Source: Polyangiaceae bacterium
GTDB taxonomy: Bacteria; Myxococcota_A; Polyangia; Polyangiales; Polyangiaceae
Direction of reading: 5' to 3'
DNA: 64,000 nucleotides
NCBI GenBank assembly: GCA_044376115.1
Contig: JBILLK010000011.1
Location: forward strand, 96,001 to 160,000
A program made the translations under genes and the position numbers. How positions within the stretch are numbered: position 1 is the first letter of the stretch; every line of letters starts with the position of its first letter. Positions 46,959-61,390 of this stretch are shown here, one piece after another. Below the pieces are notes generated by a model. It worked only from the letters and a program-made list of their open reading frames with translations. It did not search any database and was not told the origin of the DNA.

Positions 46959-48278
46959 TCAGCTCTCGGTGGCTGTTCCGTCGATGCGAGAGATCACCAG
47001 CGCTTCTTCCGCTGGGCACTCGTCTCCGATGCTGAAAGCGCCGAGCACCCGCGCCACATTGGCGTCGGACTCCTTGCGCACCCGCAATACCGCTAGCACT
47101 TCTCCCGCGCGCACGGCCTGACCAGGCTTCCTCTCGAGGTGAATGCCAACGCCGTGATCCACCGCCTGGTCCGCGCGGGTTCTGCCAGCGCCCATGGCGA
47201 CCGCTGTGAGCCCAAGCTCGAGTGCGTCGAGACTGCGCACAAAGCCCGAACGATCGGCCTTCACCGCGACCTCGACCTCAGCCTGTGCCAGGAGCTCGGG
47301 TTTGCGTACCACGCGAGCATCGCCGCCTTGTGCTGCCACCATGCGCTCCATCAGCTCGGCTGCGGCACCGGTCTCAATCGCTCGCTGAAGGCTTGCTCGC
47401 GCAGTCGCTCGGTCTTGTGCGGCCTTCCCGACCACGAGCATCTCCTCTCCTAAGGCCAAGGTGCACTCGACGAGGTCCGCGGGACCGCCGCCGGCCAGAA
47501 CCTGAAAAGCCTCCTGGGTCTCATTCGCGTTGCCGATGGTGAGCCCGAGCGGCGTGTCCATGCGCGTGAGCAGCGCCGAGACGCTTTTACCCGCGGCTAC
47601 GCCCACGCGAACGAGCGCGTTCGCCAACGTTTGCGCGGCCGGTAACGACTTCATGAAGGCGCCTCGCCCGACCTTCACGTCGAGCACGAGGCCGTCGATG
47701 CCCTCTGCGAGCTTCTTCGACAAGATGCTCGCAACGATCAGCGGCACCGACTCCACCGTCGCAGTGACGTCGCGCAGCGCGTAGATCCGCTTGTCCGCCG
47801 GAGCGATGCGGGCCGTCTGCCCGATCATCGCCGTGCCGATCTCACGCACCAGTTTGCGAAAGTTCGCCTCGTCCAGCGTCACCGAGAAGCCTGGAATTGC
47901 CTCCAACTTGTCGAGCGTGCCACCGGTGTGACCAAGGCCGCGGCCCGAGACCATCGGCACGCGCACCCCGCAGGCCGCGACCAGGGGCGCGAGACAGAGC
48001 GAGACCTTGTCGCCAACTCCGCCGGTCGAGTGCTTGTCTACTTTGGCGCCGGGCACGTCGCTCAGATCCAGCACGTCGCCGGAGTGGAGCATGGCCTGCG
48101 TCAAGGCGACCGTTTCTGCGTCGCTCATCCCGCGGAAGAAGACCGCCATCAGCCAAGCTGACAATTGGTAGTCCGCGAGCTCTCCGGAGGTGAACGCCGT
48201 AATGATTCTGGCGATCTCGTCCCCCGAGTGCTCTCCGCCATCCCGCTTCTTTGCGATCAACTCGACCAGGCTGTGCAC
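46959..48278 (-). CDS. pdp: Thymidine/pyrimidine-nucleoside phosphorylase
   Basis: KKRDG, DKHSTGGVGDK, SGRGLGHTGGTLDKLEAIPG, ASILSKK, DVKVGRGAFMK. Confidence 0.95.
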   Translation of the reverse strand: MHSLVELIAKKRDGGEHSGDEIARIITAFTSGELADYQLSAWLMAVFFRGMSDAETVALTQAMLHSGDVLDLSDVPGAKVDKHSTGGVGDKVSLCLAPLVAACGVRVPMVSGRGLGHTGGTLDKLEAIPGFSVTLDEANFRKLVREIGTAMIGQTARIAPADKRIYALRDVTATVESVPLIVASILSKKLAEGIDGLVLDVKVGRGAFMKSLPAAQTLANALVRVGVAAGKSVSALLTRMDTPLGLTIGNANETQEAFQVLAGGGPADLVECTLALGEEMLVVGKAAQDRATARASLQRAIETGAAAELMERMVAAQGGDARVVRKPELLAQAEVEVAVKADRSGFVRSLDALELGLTAVAMGAGRTRADQAVDHGVGIHLERKPGQAVRAGEVLAVLRVRKESDANVARVLGAFSIGDECPAEEALVISRIDGTATES

Positions 48279-48411
48279 GCGTTTCTCCTTCCGTTCACCA
48301 TCCGCTCGTAAGGGAGCCGAATCAAGCGCGATGTCGAGTCCGACTCAGAAGCGAGAACGGGAGAGCGTGCTGTCCGCCCTCCCGCTTCCATCGCTTTTAT
48401 GCCGACACGCG

Positions 48412-51170
48412 CTACAGCGTTGGGTTCTGCGTGAAGCAGCAGCGGAAGCCAGTGTCGAAGAACTTGAACTCGTCATCCACGTTGTAGAACGTGAAATCGC
48501 AGGTCGAGCCAGCCTCCGCCGCTGAGTTGAACGCCCCGCCCATCAGGGTGTAGGTCGTGGCGTTCAAACGAGTGATCTCTCGAAGATTGCCGGTGATGTC
48601 GAACAATCGCCCGTTTACGCCGGCGGGGTTGGTCTGCAAGTTCTCCCAGGGTGACCAGCAGTTTTGAAGCAGCGCCGAGCCTGTGGCTAGCAGGCCGTCT
48701 TGGTCTCCGGCGACTCCGCTGTTGAAGTCGAAGCTGGGACCAAGGTTGCAGTACTTCGACGCCGTGAACGAGGACGTGCAAGCGGCCGCGTTGGCTGCGT
48801 AGCCGAAGGTGCAATCGGCGCCAGCGAGCGGGTTCACGCGGCAGGCGTCACGCCATTGCGTTTGCGTGCAGATGCTACCGCCGGCGGCGATGCACGTCTG
48901 CTCTACCTCGTCGGGAGTGACGTTGAACCAGGGAATTCGCGCGGGCTCGGAGCAGCTGGGCGTCTGGTCTTGAGTGGTTGCTGGCGGCGAACTCGTCCAA
49001 TAGCCGTTGCCAAATCCCGGTACGGTGGAGCTCGAGTTGGGCCGGCTTGCCTCGTGTTGGTAGATCCAAAGGCTGTTCGCCAAGCGGATCACTCGCGGCC
49101 TGTAGAAGTTTGCGGCGTTGGTGCCCTTATTGTTGAAGGTCTCGTCGGTTAGACCGTCACAATCATTGTCTACGCCGTCGCATACTTCGGTGCAGCCACC
49201 GGGGAGGGACGCGCAGTTGGCGGGCATCGCCGAACAGGTCGTGGTCGAACCGGAGGCGCAAACCTTGGTGCCGGTGGTCCGACAGGCGCCATCACCAAGC
49301 GGGTCACCGTCATCACTGGCGCAGGGCGCACCGAAGTCCGGCACGTTCTCGTTGAGGAAGCCATCGCAGTCGTTGTCGAGGCCGTCGCAGGTCTCGTCGT
49401 TGGGGGAGCAACCACCGACGCAGACTCCGGCGGGGAAGTTGCATTGCCAACCACCTGCAACGCAGGCCACCATCACGCCGGTGGTGCACTCCGGCCGCGA
49501 CGCCGCAGCAGCAACTCCGCAAACCTGCTTCGGTGACGGCGCCACGACGCCCTCATCCGTTTGGCCGTTGCAGTTGTCATCTTGGCCGTTGCAGGCCTCC
49601 TGCGCCGAAACGAAGGTGCACGCGTATTCACACGTGCCGTTGTTGTCGAGGTCAAAGAAGCCTGGCAAACAGGCGTTGAAGACGCACTGGCTGTTGACGC
49701 AATTGAAGCTGGCGTTGACGGCGCCGGCGTTGCAGTTGTTGCCGCACATACCGCAGTTGGCGACGCTGTTCGTCAAGTTTGGTTGATTGGTGAGCGAGCC
49801 GTCGCAGTTGGCGTCGACACCGCAAGTGTCTCCCACCGAGGTGGGGCCAACCGAGCCGACACACTGCACAGTTCCACCGATGCACGCGCGAGTGCCCGCC
49901 ATGCAGGGCGAGGTTGCGCCTGCGGGCGGTGGAATGGGCACGTTGCAGGTGCCCATCGCGTCCATCGGCGGATTGCCGCCGGCCAAGTCAATGTCGCCGT
50001 CGCAGTTGTCGTCTTGGCCGTTGCAAGTCTCCGTTCCCGGATTGATCGCTCCTTGGCACGAGAGCGACCCAGCGACGCACTGCAACGTTCCGAAGGTGCA
50101 GGGGAAGATGTTGCTGATGCCGCAGGGAGCGCCAGCGTCGGTCGGCGAGTTGTCCGTCAGACCGTCACAGTTGTTGTCGACGTTGTCGCAGGTCTCCAGC
50201 TGGTCATTCTCGAACAGGACGTTCGCGCCGGTGCAGGTTACGGTGCCGTTGACGCAGGCGGTGATGCCAGCGTTCGCGATTTGGGCGCACTCACCGTCCG
50301 GATCCCCGAAGCACTGCACGCCGATCGCGGGATCATTCGAGAGGTCATCCGCCGAGTCGATCAGGCCGTCACAGTCGTTGTCGACTTGGTCCCCGCAAAC
50401 TTCGGGGCCCGTAGCGACGCAGGCGTACTCACAGCCCGTCGCATACACTCCGTCGAGATCGACGAACCCAGGGTCGCAAGTATCGATTGCGCACTCGGTG
50501 TTGGTCTCGTCGCAGTTTGGCGGGTTGTCCGCTACGCAGATGGTGACTGCATTCGCTGCGTTGCAGATACCGCCGCACTTACCGCAGTTTTGCTCGTCGG
50601 TGCACTTGTCGACCGCGTCGTCGATGACGCCGTCGCAGTTATCGTCCTTGTTGTTGCAGACGGTGTCGGGGCCAGCAAAAACGCAGTAGTACTCGCAGGA
50701 GAGGCCGTCCCCGTCGAGATCTTGGTAGTCGGCTGCACACATGCCGGAGCATTCACCAGGGACCTCTCCTGGCTGTGTGCTCGGTGCACATTCAACCGTC
50801 GCCGGGTCAACGTTGGTGAGGGCGAGATAGCAGTTGTTGCTGCACGTACCGCACGTCTTCGGATCCGCGTAGTCGATGTCAGCGACGTCATCGATGACCG
50901 CATTGCAGTCATTGTCGACGCCGTCGCAAACTTCGATCCCGCCTTCGGTTGGCTCACAGCCGCCGCTACCGCCGCTGCCGCCGCCGCCGACGAACACACC
51001 GGAACTGCCTCCGGTGAAGCCCGCTCCGTTTCCGCCTGCTCCACCCGCCGCTCCGTTTCCGCCAGCGGCTTGGTTTCCGCCGTCCTCACAGTCGCGGAAG
51101 CAGAAGGCCTGCGTGTCACAGGCGGTCGAAAGAAGGGACGCAACGAGCAGGCCCCATTGGAATTTCGTGC

Positions 51171-51174
<4 letters not shown>
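48412..51174 (-). CDS. Cys-rich repeat lipoprotein with a C-terminal FGE-sulfatase/C-type-lectin-fold domain
   Basis: LLSTAC lipobox, Gly linker, about nine E.C(D/N)G.D.(D/N)C.G repeats. C-terminal IYQHEASRP, PWFNVT, FDITGNLRE, GG.F and TGFRCC. Confidence 0.85.
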
Positions 51175-55166
<3,992 letters not shown>

Positions 55167-55406
55167 GATGACTCCTCCTGGCTCGACGACGAGCTGCTCT
55201 CGTGCGTCGCCCTAGGCAGCACGCCGTTCGAGACGACGCGCGCATGGTCCGGGTTGTGAAACTGAAGCAGAAGCAAGCGTGGGGCTCGGCGCGAACGCCA
55301 ATCCTCAGACTGAGAGGAGAGCACAGCCGCGTGGAAACTATCAAGTCCCCGCCCAACAATTGCCGAACGCTAGTGGCCAGGTCGCTTGTCGGTTAGTGAA
55401 GGTCCC

Positions 55407-56741
55407 ATGCCGCGCAAAACAGCCGCCGGGGCCGACGAGGACGCAAACGTTCCGCGCCCGACACTCCCGCCCGCTCCGCGCCAAAACCTGCCTCCTACTG
55501 CGACGCGTGCTTCCATTCCGCCGATTTCGCCAAGTCGGGCCTCAATCCCAGCGCCGCCACCAAGCCGGGTCTCGGTTGCAGCACCGCCTCCGCGGGCTTC
55601 GGTCTTCCCCTCCGCTACCCTTCCGCCTCGACGCGGCCGACCCAAAGGGTCGTTTACCCAGGCGCGCCGGCTTGAGACGTTGCGCGCGCTGCTGGTGCGA
55701 CACCCGAAGGGGTTGAGCCTGTACGACCTCGCGCGCGAACTCAACGTTACCCCGCGTTCGATGCGGCGCTACCTCGACGAGGTCAAGCGTGAGATCGATC
55801 TCGTGTCTCATCGCGTGCGGCCAGGCGGCCAGTCGCTTTGGCGTTTGGCGCCGGGCGAGGCCATCCGCAAAGTGGAGGTTCGACGAACGCAGGCCTATGC
55901 GCTCCTCGCCGCACGACGCCTATTCGAGCCGATGAAAGGTTCGGCCTTGTACGAAGAGATCTCGATGGCCAGCGAGAAGCTACTCACCGTCGCCAAGCGC
56001 CCTGGTCGCGGACCGAACGCAGGCTTGGCCGACGCTCGCTTGGAGGAGCGCTTCTTGTACTTACCGTTTGCGCCGAAGGACTACGGCTCACGCACCGAAG
56101 AACTCGACGATGTGTTCCAGGCCGTCGCCGATTTGCGCCCGCTACAGTGTCGCTATCGGCGTAACCGCGACGGTAAGGAGGAGCGCATCGTCATTCACCC
56201 CTATGCGATGGTGCTCTACAAGGACGCGATCTACTGCGTCGGTTTGCACGTCGCCAAGGAAGAGGTCCGCACCTTCCTGCTCGACCGTATGCGCGACACC
56301 GATTGCTCGATCGAAGGGCGCTTCGAACTCCCCGATGACTTTCGTATCGAGGACTACTTCCAAGGGCAGTTCGGTATCTGGCATGGCGGTGAGCCTCAAC
56401 GCGTGGTGATCGACTTTGACGCGCGCGTGCGCGAGTACGTCGAGACACGTCGCATTCATCCGAGCCAAGAGATCTCCGTTCAAGAAGACGGCAGTGTGCG
56501 CCTCTCGATGACCATCGGCGATCTGACCGAGGTTACGACCTGGGTGCTGGGGTTCGGTGAGACGGCGAACGTGGTTGAGCCCGAGTCGCTTCGTCAGCGC
56601 GTGCGCAGCGAGCTTGAGAACGCTCTCAAGCGATATGGCCTGGGTCCTACAAACCCGGCTCCGGCGCCCCTCTCGGACCCCGCAAAGGCGCCTGTGAAGT
56701 CGAAGTCGCGGGCAAAAAAGCAAACGACCTCCCAACACTGA
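55407..56741 (+). CDS. HTH-WYL-WCX transcriptional regulator (PafB/PafC-like)
   Basis: LARELNVTPRSMRRYL HTH, HPY......AIYCVG...RTFLLDRM WYL core, FGI, HPSQ, WVLGFG...V.EP.SLR WCX. Pro-rich N-terminal tail. Confidence 0.9.
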   Translation: MPRKTAAGADEDANVPRPTLPPAPRQNLPPTATRASIPPISPSRASIPAPPPSRVSVAAPPPRASVFPSATLPPRRGRPKGSFTQARRLETLRALLVRHPKGLSLYDLARELNVTPRSMRRYLDEVKREIDLVSHRVRPGGQSLWRLAPGEAIRKVEVRRTQAYALLAARRLFEPMKGSALYEEISMASEKLLTVAKRPGRGPNAGLADARLEERFLYLPFAPKDYGSRTEELDDVFQAVADLRPLQCRYRRNRDGKEERIVIHPYAMVLYKDAIYCVGLHVAKEEVRTFLLDRMRDTDCSIEGRFELPDDFRIEDYFQGQFGIWHGGEPQRVVIDFDARVREYVETRRIHPSQEISVQEDGSVRLSMTIGDLTEVTTWVLGFGETANVVEPESLRQRVRSELENALKRYGLGPTNPAPAPLSDPAKAPVKSKSRAKKQTTSQH

Positions 56742-56774
56742 GTCGGGAGGTCGCGCCGTCGAGGTGAAGATTCG

Positions 56775-58154
56775 CTACCGAACCGCTTGCAGAGCTTCTT
56801 CCACCATCGCTTCGTGCTCCTTCGGATCGGCCCAGCGCTGCCGGCCCTCTTCGGGTAGCTGATTGACCGGATCGAAGTATAGAAACGGCTGACCGGGCTT
56901 CACGCTGGGCGCCTTGTATACGGACACTCCAGTGGTCCGGTTGTAGTACTCGTACGAGTGGCAAACCCGCTTGCCACCGCCGCCAGGCGCGTCCACGACG
57001 AAGGTCGGCGTGTTGAAGCCAGCGGTACTGCCGCGCACGTACTTCTCGATGTCGATGGCCGTTTGAACGGTGGTTCTCAGCTCCTCGGCGCCCTTCACCA
57101 TGTCGTGCACGTAGACGTAGTAGGGATGCACATGGATGTGCCCGAGGCGACGCACCAAGAGCTTCATCGTCTCGCGTGAGTCATTCACGTTGCGGATCAT
57201 GACGGACTGGTTGCGCACGGTGATGCCGCGCTCGAACAGCCGCAGCATCGCATCTCGCGTGATGCCGGTGACCTCGTTGGGGTGGTTGAAGTGGGTGTGC
57301 AAGACCACCTCCTTGTGCAACTTCCTTCCGAGTTCCACCACCCAGGTGACGGCGTCGAGCCAATCGTGGTCGGTCAGGATCTTCTGCGGCATGACCGCCG
57401 GGCCCTTGGTCGCGATACGAATGCGCCGAATGTTGTCCATCCGTACCAGCGTCTCGCCGATAAATCGGAGTTGCTCCGGCCGCAGCTGGTAGGCGTCTCC
57501 GCCGGAGACCACGATGTCTTCGAGCTCCGGCCGCTCCGAGATGTATTGGAAGGCCTTCGCCCAGCGTTCTACGTCCACTCGGAGGTGAACTTTGTCGACC
57601 AGCTCGGTGTCGTTGCCGACCGCGTAGGAACGCGTACAGAAGCGGCAATACACAGGACACGTATCGAGCGGGAGAAACAGCGCCTTGTCGGCGTAGCGAT
57701 GGGTGAGGCCGGGAACAGGCGCGTCTTCCTGCTCGTGCAGCGAATCCAGGCCCAGCTTGGGATGGTCCGGCAACATGCGCGAGGCGATCGGGATGAACTG
57801 AATCCGCAGCGGATCTTCCTCGGGGTTGTTCCAATCGATCAGGCTCATCAGATAGGGCGAAACGCGCACGCTCATCGGCGCTCGCGAAAAGCCCTCGGTT
57901 GCGTCTTTGATGAACTCTGGTGAGGCGATCCCAGCCAGGGTCTCGAGCAGTTTGTCAGGCCGTGTGATGGACTTCTTGGCCTGCCAGTTGTGGTCCATGA
58001 ACTGCTCGTCAGTCACGTCCTTGTAGGCCGGAATGCGCCGCCAATCCGGCCTCTCGAGCAGCGTGCGATGGGCAAGCTCCTCGGCTGCAACCGGGGGCTT
58101 CTTGTGGGCGGGGACCTGAGCTTCGGAGACGTTGAGAACGGGGAGACTCGCCAT
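56775..58154 (-). CDS. kamA: KamA-family radical SAM enzyme (lysine 2,3-aminomutase-like)
   Basis: DPLRIQFIP, HRY.DK, CPVYCRFCTR, SGGD, THFNHPNE, NQSV, YY, FVVDAPGGGGK (PLP Lys). Confidence 0.88.
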   Translation of the reverse strand: MASLPVLNVSEAQVPAHKKPPVAAEELAHRTLLERPDWRRIPAYKDVTDEQFMDHNWQAKKSITRPDKLLETLAGIASPEFIKDATEGFSRAPMSVRVSPYLMSLIDWNNPEEDPLRIQFIPIASRMLPDHPKLGLDSLHEQEDAPVPGLTHRYADKALFLPLDTCPVYCRFCTRSYAVGNDTELVDKVHLRVDVERWAKAFQYISERPELEDIVVSGGDAYQLRPEQLRFIGETLVRMDNIRRIRIATKGPAVMPQKILTDHDWLDAVTWVVELGRKLHKEVVLHTHFNHPNEVTGITRDAMLRLFERGITVRNQSVMIRNVNDSRETMKLLVRRLGHIHVHPYYVYVHDMVKGAEELRTTVQTAIDIEKYVRGSTAGFNTPTFVVDAPGGGGKRVCHSYEYYNRTTGVSVYKAPSVKPGQPFLYFDPVNQLPEEGRQRWADPKEHEAMVEEALQAVR

Positions 58155-58175
58155 GGGTGACCTAAACGGACTCTG

Positions 58176-58892
58176 TCAAAAGTCGGTACGGGGGGGAACT
58201 CGAATCATTGATGCCGCGTTGACATCGGCCGTCGAGCGATAAGCGCTGTAGTAGGTACGCACACGCACGACGTAATCACGCGTCTCAGGGTAGTTCGGAA
58301 TGCCTTTGGCTCGCTCGACTGCGCCTTCCCCGGCGTTGTAGGCGGCGATCGTCAGGTCGAGGTCACCGTTGAATAGGTTCGCCAAAATGCGCAAGTAGCG
58401 CACCCCGCCGAAGATGTTTTCGCGCGGGTCGAAGGCGTCCCTTACCTGCATGCGCGTAGCGGTCTCGGGCATCAGCTGCATCAAGCCCATCGCTCCGGCG
58501 CTGGATACGGCTCGGGGATCGTAGTCGCTCTCGACCTTGATAACGGCCCGGACGAACTCCTCCGGCAGTTGGTAGAGCGTTGCGGCTTGGCGTATCCACT
58601 TGTCGTAACGCGTGAAGCGCTCAGGGGAGCGGTCGCTCGGCGGAACTGGAGTGCCGGTGAACTTGGTCCCCTTGCTGCGTTTGGACGTGCTCTTGACGTA
58701 CAGCTCGAAGCGCGAATCCCCTTTCGGGTTGGTCGCGAAGTGAACGATGCCGTCCTTGTCCACGTAGCTGTAGATGTCAGCGTCGGCGGAGCCGGGAACC
58801 GAGAGTCCCAGGCCAAGCAGCACACCCATCGCTGCGAAGCAGGCGTAAGGCCGAACCACTGAATTCTGGCGGTGCGTAGAGCGACTTTGCAT
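58176..58892 (-). CDS. Lytic transglycosylase (SLT) with an N-terminal DUF4124-like domain
   Basis: IYSYVDKDGIVHF, AVIKVES, AVSSAGAMGLMQLMP, AYNAG, ETRDYV. Confidence 0.93.
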   Translation of the reverse strand: MQSRSTHRQNSVVRPYACFAAMGVLLGLGLSVPGSADADIYSYVDKDGIVHFATNPKGDSRFELYVKSTSKRSKGTKFTGTPVPPSDRSPERFTRYDKWIRQAATLYQLPEEFVRAVIKVESDYDPRAVSSAGAMGLMQLMPETATRMQVRDAFDPRENIFGGVRYLRILANLFNGDLDLTIAAYNAGEGAVERAKGIPNYPETRDYVVRVRTYYSAYRSTADVNAASMIRVPPRTDF

Positions 58893-58952
58893 CGGCTAGG
58901 GCAGCGTAGCTGAGCCAGCGAGGCAACGCGAATTCTCCTGCCACCAACCCCC

Positions 58953-59930
58953 TCAGGGGGGATAGAAGACGGTCGGTAGACCCTCTTTTGCGGAGATCGC
59001 CAGGAAGTCCATCAGGATGGCCACGGTGACGTGCACCAGGAAGCCGGCGTAGATGCTCTTGGTCCGCATCGAGAGCGAGCCAAGCGCGATGCCGGCAATC
59101 ACCGCTCCGCAGGTCTCGAGGTAGGGTTTGCCGAAGTGAATCATGCAGTAGGGAACGGCCATCGCGAAGATGGCTCCCGAGCCGAGACTGCGCCTCAGCC
59201 CGTTGAGCCAGAACCCTCGAAAGAAGATTTCCAGTCCCAAGAACTGCAAGATGTACTGGGACTCCCACGCGATCAGGTCCACCCACGAGCGCGAGCACTT
59301 CTTGTAGAACGGGTAGTAGTTCCCGAAGTCGGGCTCGCTCGCCACCATGAACACCGCGGGGATCACCGCACCCAAACACAAAAGGTAGATCCACGCGTGG
59401 CTCAGAAAGCCTTTCCCGCGCAGCCCCATGTCGAGGAGCGAGTCCTTCGGAAAGGCAATTTTCCAAACCGTGAAGGGGAAGATTGTGTAGCCAAAGACGC
59501 GGGTGAAGACCCACCAGGAGAGGCTGTACAGATCTCCGTACTGCTTCATCGAGACGTGTTGCCCTAGGCCGAAGGGCAGCATCGCGGGGTTCTGCTCGAC
59601 TTCACGCAACCACGGCTTGACGTGGGCGTTGTAGAAATCCCGGTCGTAGTACCACTGCAACGTGAGGATGACGGCCGTGGTTACGAACAAGACGAGGGGG
59701 CGTTTGTCGAGCTCCCCGCGTGCCAAGGTCTCACGTTGGTGCTCGAGCGCTTCAACATCGAGTTCACGCCACGTTCTTCGGAAGACGAAGTAGACGAGCG
59801 GCAACACCAGCAGATAGCCGATGTAAGGCGCCACCATCATCAGCAGCGTCTGCCAAACTGCAGGCGCCGGCTTTGGGGCGGGCGCGCCTGGAGCGAGGCC
59901 CGCCGACGCGAGCAGGACCGCAAACTCCAT
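58953..59930 (-). CDS. CPBP (Abi/CAAX type II) intramembrane glutamic endopeptidase
   Basis: Multi-TM protein with LEIFFRGF, YCMIHFGKP..E and S...GFLVH motifs. Confidence 0.85.
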   Translation of the reverse strand: MEFAVLLASAGLAPGAPAPKPAPAVWQTLLMMVAPYIGYLLVLPLVYFVFRRTWRELDVEALEHQRETLARGELDKRPLVLFVTTAVILTLQWYYDRDFYNAHVKPWLREVEQNPAMLPFGLGQHVSMKQYGDLYSLSWWVFTRVFGYTIFPFTVWKIAFPKDSLLDMGLRGKGFLSHAWIYLLCLGAVIPAVFMVASEPDFGNYYPFYKKCSRSWVDLIAWESQYILQFLGLEIFFRGFWLNGLRRSLGSGAIFAMAVPYCMIHFGKPYLETCGAVIAGIALGSLSMRTKSIYAGFLVHVTVAILMDFLAISAKEGLPTVFYPP

Positions 59931-59932
59931 GG

Positions 59933-61390
59933 TCAGCTTTGTGCCTTCGCACCCTCGGCGCTCTGCGCAAGCGTGGCGGCTTTGCGCAGACGGGCAACCG
60001 AACGGCGCGCGCCGAGTAACACGGCCACCTCAAACAATCCTGGGGAGGCCGATCGCCCCGTGAGTGCGACCCGCATCGGTTGCGCGAGCACCTTCATCTC
60101 CAGGCCCAGTTCGCCGAGGAGTTGCTGAAAAGCCGACTCGAGCGCTGCGGGGGTGAAGTCAGTTGCCTTCTCAAGCATGTCGGCCACCGCGTTGAGCGGA
60201 GCGGCCACTGCCTGCACCAGGAACTTCGCGCGAGCCTTCTCGTCGAAGACGGGCTCTTCACGGAAGAAGTAGTCCATCAGCTCGGCGGCGTTCGCCCAGT
60301 TCTGCCCGCGTTCGCGGACCAGCGGCAACGCACGTTGTGCAAGTTCGCGGTCGAACTGGAGCCCGCGCGCCTCGACGAATCCCTTGAGGGCGTTGAGGTA
60401 GGCGTCATCCGAGAGCCGCGCACTGCTCTTCATGTGCTCGAAGGTAACGGCGGCGAACTTCTTCTGGTCAAACTTGCCGTCTCCTCGGCCACAGCGTTCC
60501 CAGTCGAACTTCTGCACCAAATCGTCGAGCGAGAAGATCTCTTCGTCCCCGAACGACCAGCCGAAACGAGAGAGGTAGTTGAGCAAGGCGTGGGGCGGGA
60601 TGCCGGTGTTCTGGTACTCGCCGACGCTGACCGCTCCGTGCCGCTTCGACAGCTTTGCGCCATCAGCGCCAAGCATCATCGGTAGGTGTGCAAATTGCGG
60701 AAGTTGGGCGCCGAAGGCTTGGTACAGCAGGATTTGTGGCGGCGTGTTGATCATGTGATCGCGGCCACGCGCGACCAGGGTGATGCCCATGCTGATGTCG
60801 TCGACGACGGCGCCGAAGTTGTAGAGCGGGACGCCGTCCGAGCGCACGAGCACAAAGTCCTGGTGCGTGTTGTTCGGTGTGGTGACCTCGCCAAAAACTA
60901 GATCTTGGTAGGTGATTGCCCCTTCCGAGGGGACCTTCATACGCACGACGAAGGGCTTGTCACCCGGCTTGTGGTCCTTGTCGCGACAGGTGCCCGGATA
61001 GCGGAACTGCGCCTTGGGATCCTTGGCGGTGATCTCGGCGCGCGCCTTCTCCAGATCTTCCTTGGTGCAGGTGCAGCGGTAGGCCAGCCCTTGATCGATC
61101 AGCCGGCGAGCATACTCGTCGTAAAGGGCGAGCCGCTCCATTTGCCGGTACGGGCCGAAGGCTCCGCCGATGTCCGGACCTTCGCCCCAATCGAGCCCAA
61201 GCCAGCGCAGGCTCTCCAGAATGATCTGCTCGTTCTCCGGCGTACTGCGGGCCTGATCCGTGTCCTCGATGCGCAGAACGAAGGTTCCCCCCATCTTCTT
61301 CGCCCAGAGCCAATTGAAGAGCGCAGTGCGAACTCCGCCAATGTGGAGGTAGCCTGTGGGGGAGGGTGCAAACCGCACGCGGACAGTCAT
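59933..61390 (-). CDS. gltX: Glutamate--tRNA ligase
   Basis: RFAPSPTGYLHIGG, LRIEDTD, GPYRQMER, RGRDH, KLSKRHGA, anticodon domain with R.ALTG...SP. Confidence 0.97.
   Translation of the reverse strand: MTVRVRFAPSPTGYLHIGGVRTALFNWLWAKKMGGTFVLRIEDTDQARSTPENEQIILESLRWLGLDWGEGPDIGGAFGPYRQMERLALYDEYARRLIDQGLAYRCTCTKEDLEKARAEITAKDPKAQFRYPGTCRDKDHKPGDKPFVVRMKVPSEGAITYQDLVFGEVTTPNNTHQDFVLVRSDGVPLYNFGAVVDDISMGITLVARGRDHMINTPPQILLYQAFGAQLPQFAHLPMMLGADGAKLSKRHGAVSVGEYQNTGIPPHALLNYLSRFGWSFGDEEIFSLDDLVQKFDWERCGRGDGKFDQKKFAAVTFEHMKSSARLSDDAYLNALKGFVEARGLQFDRELAQRALPLVRERGQNWANAAELMDYFFREEPVFDEKARAKFLVQAVAAPLNAVADMLEKATDFTPAALESAFQQLLGELGLEMKVLAQPMRVALTGRSASPGLFEVAVLLGARRSVARLRKAATLAQSAEGAKAQS

Noticed and set aside
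48412..48620. Diversity-generating retroelement target (CLec-fold C-terminus ending GFRCC)
   Set aside because: I saw no template repeat, no adenine-variant second copy and no reverse transcriptase in the window. A remote DGR cannot be excluded.
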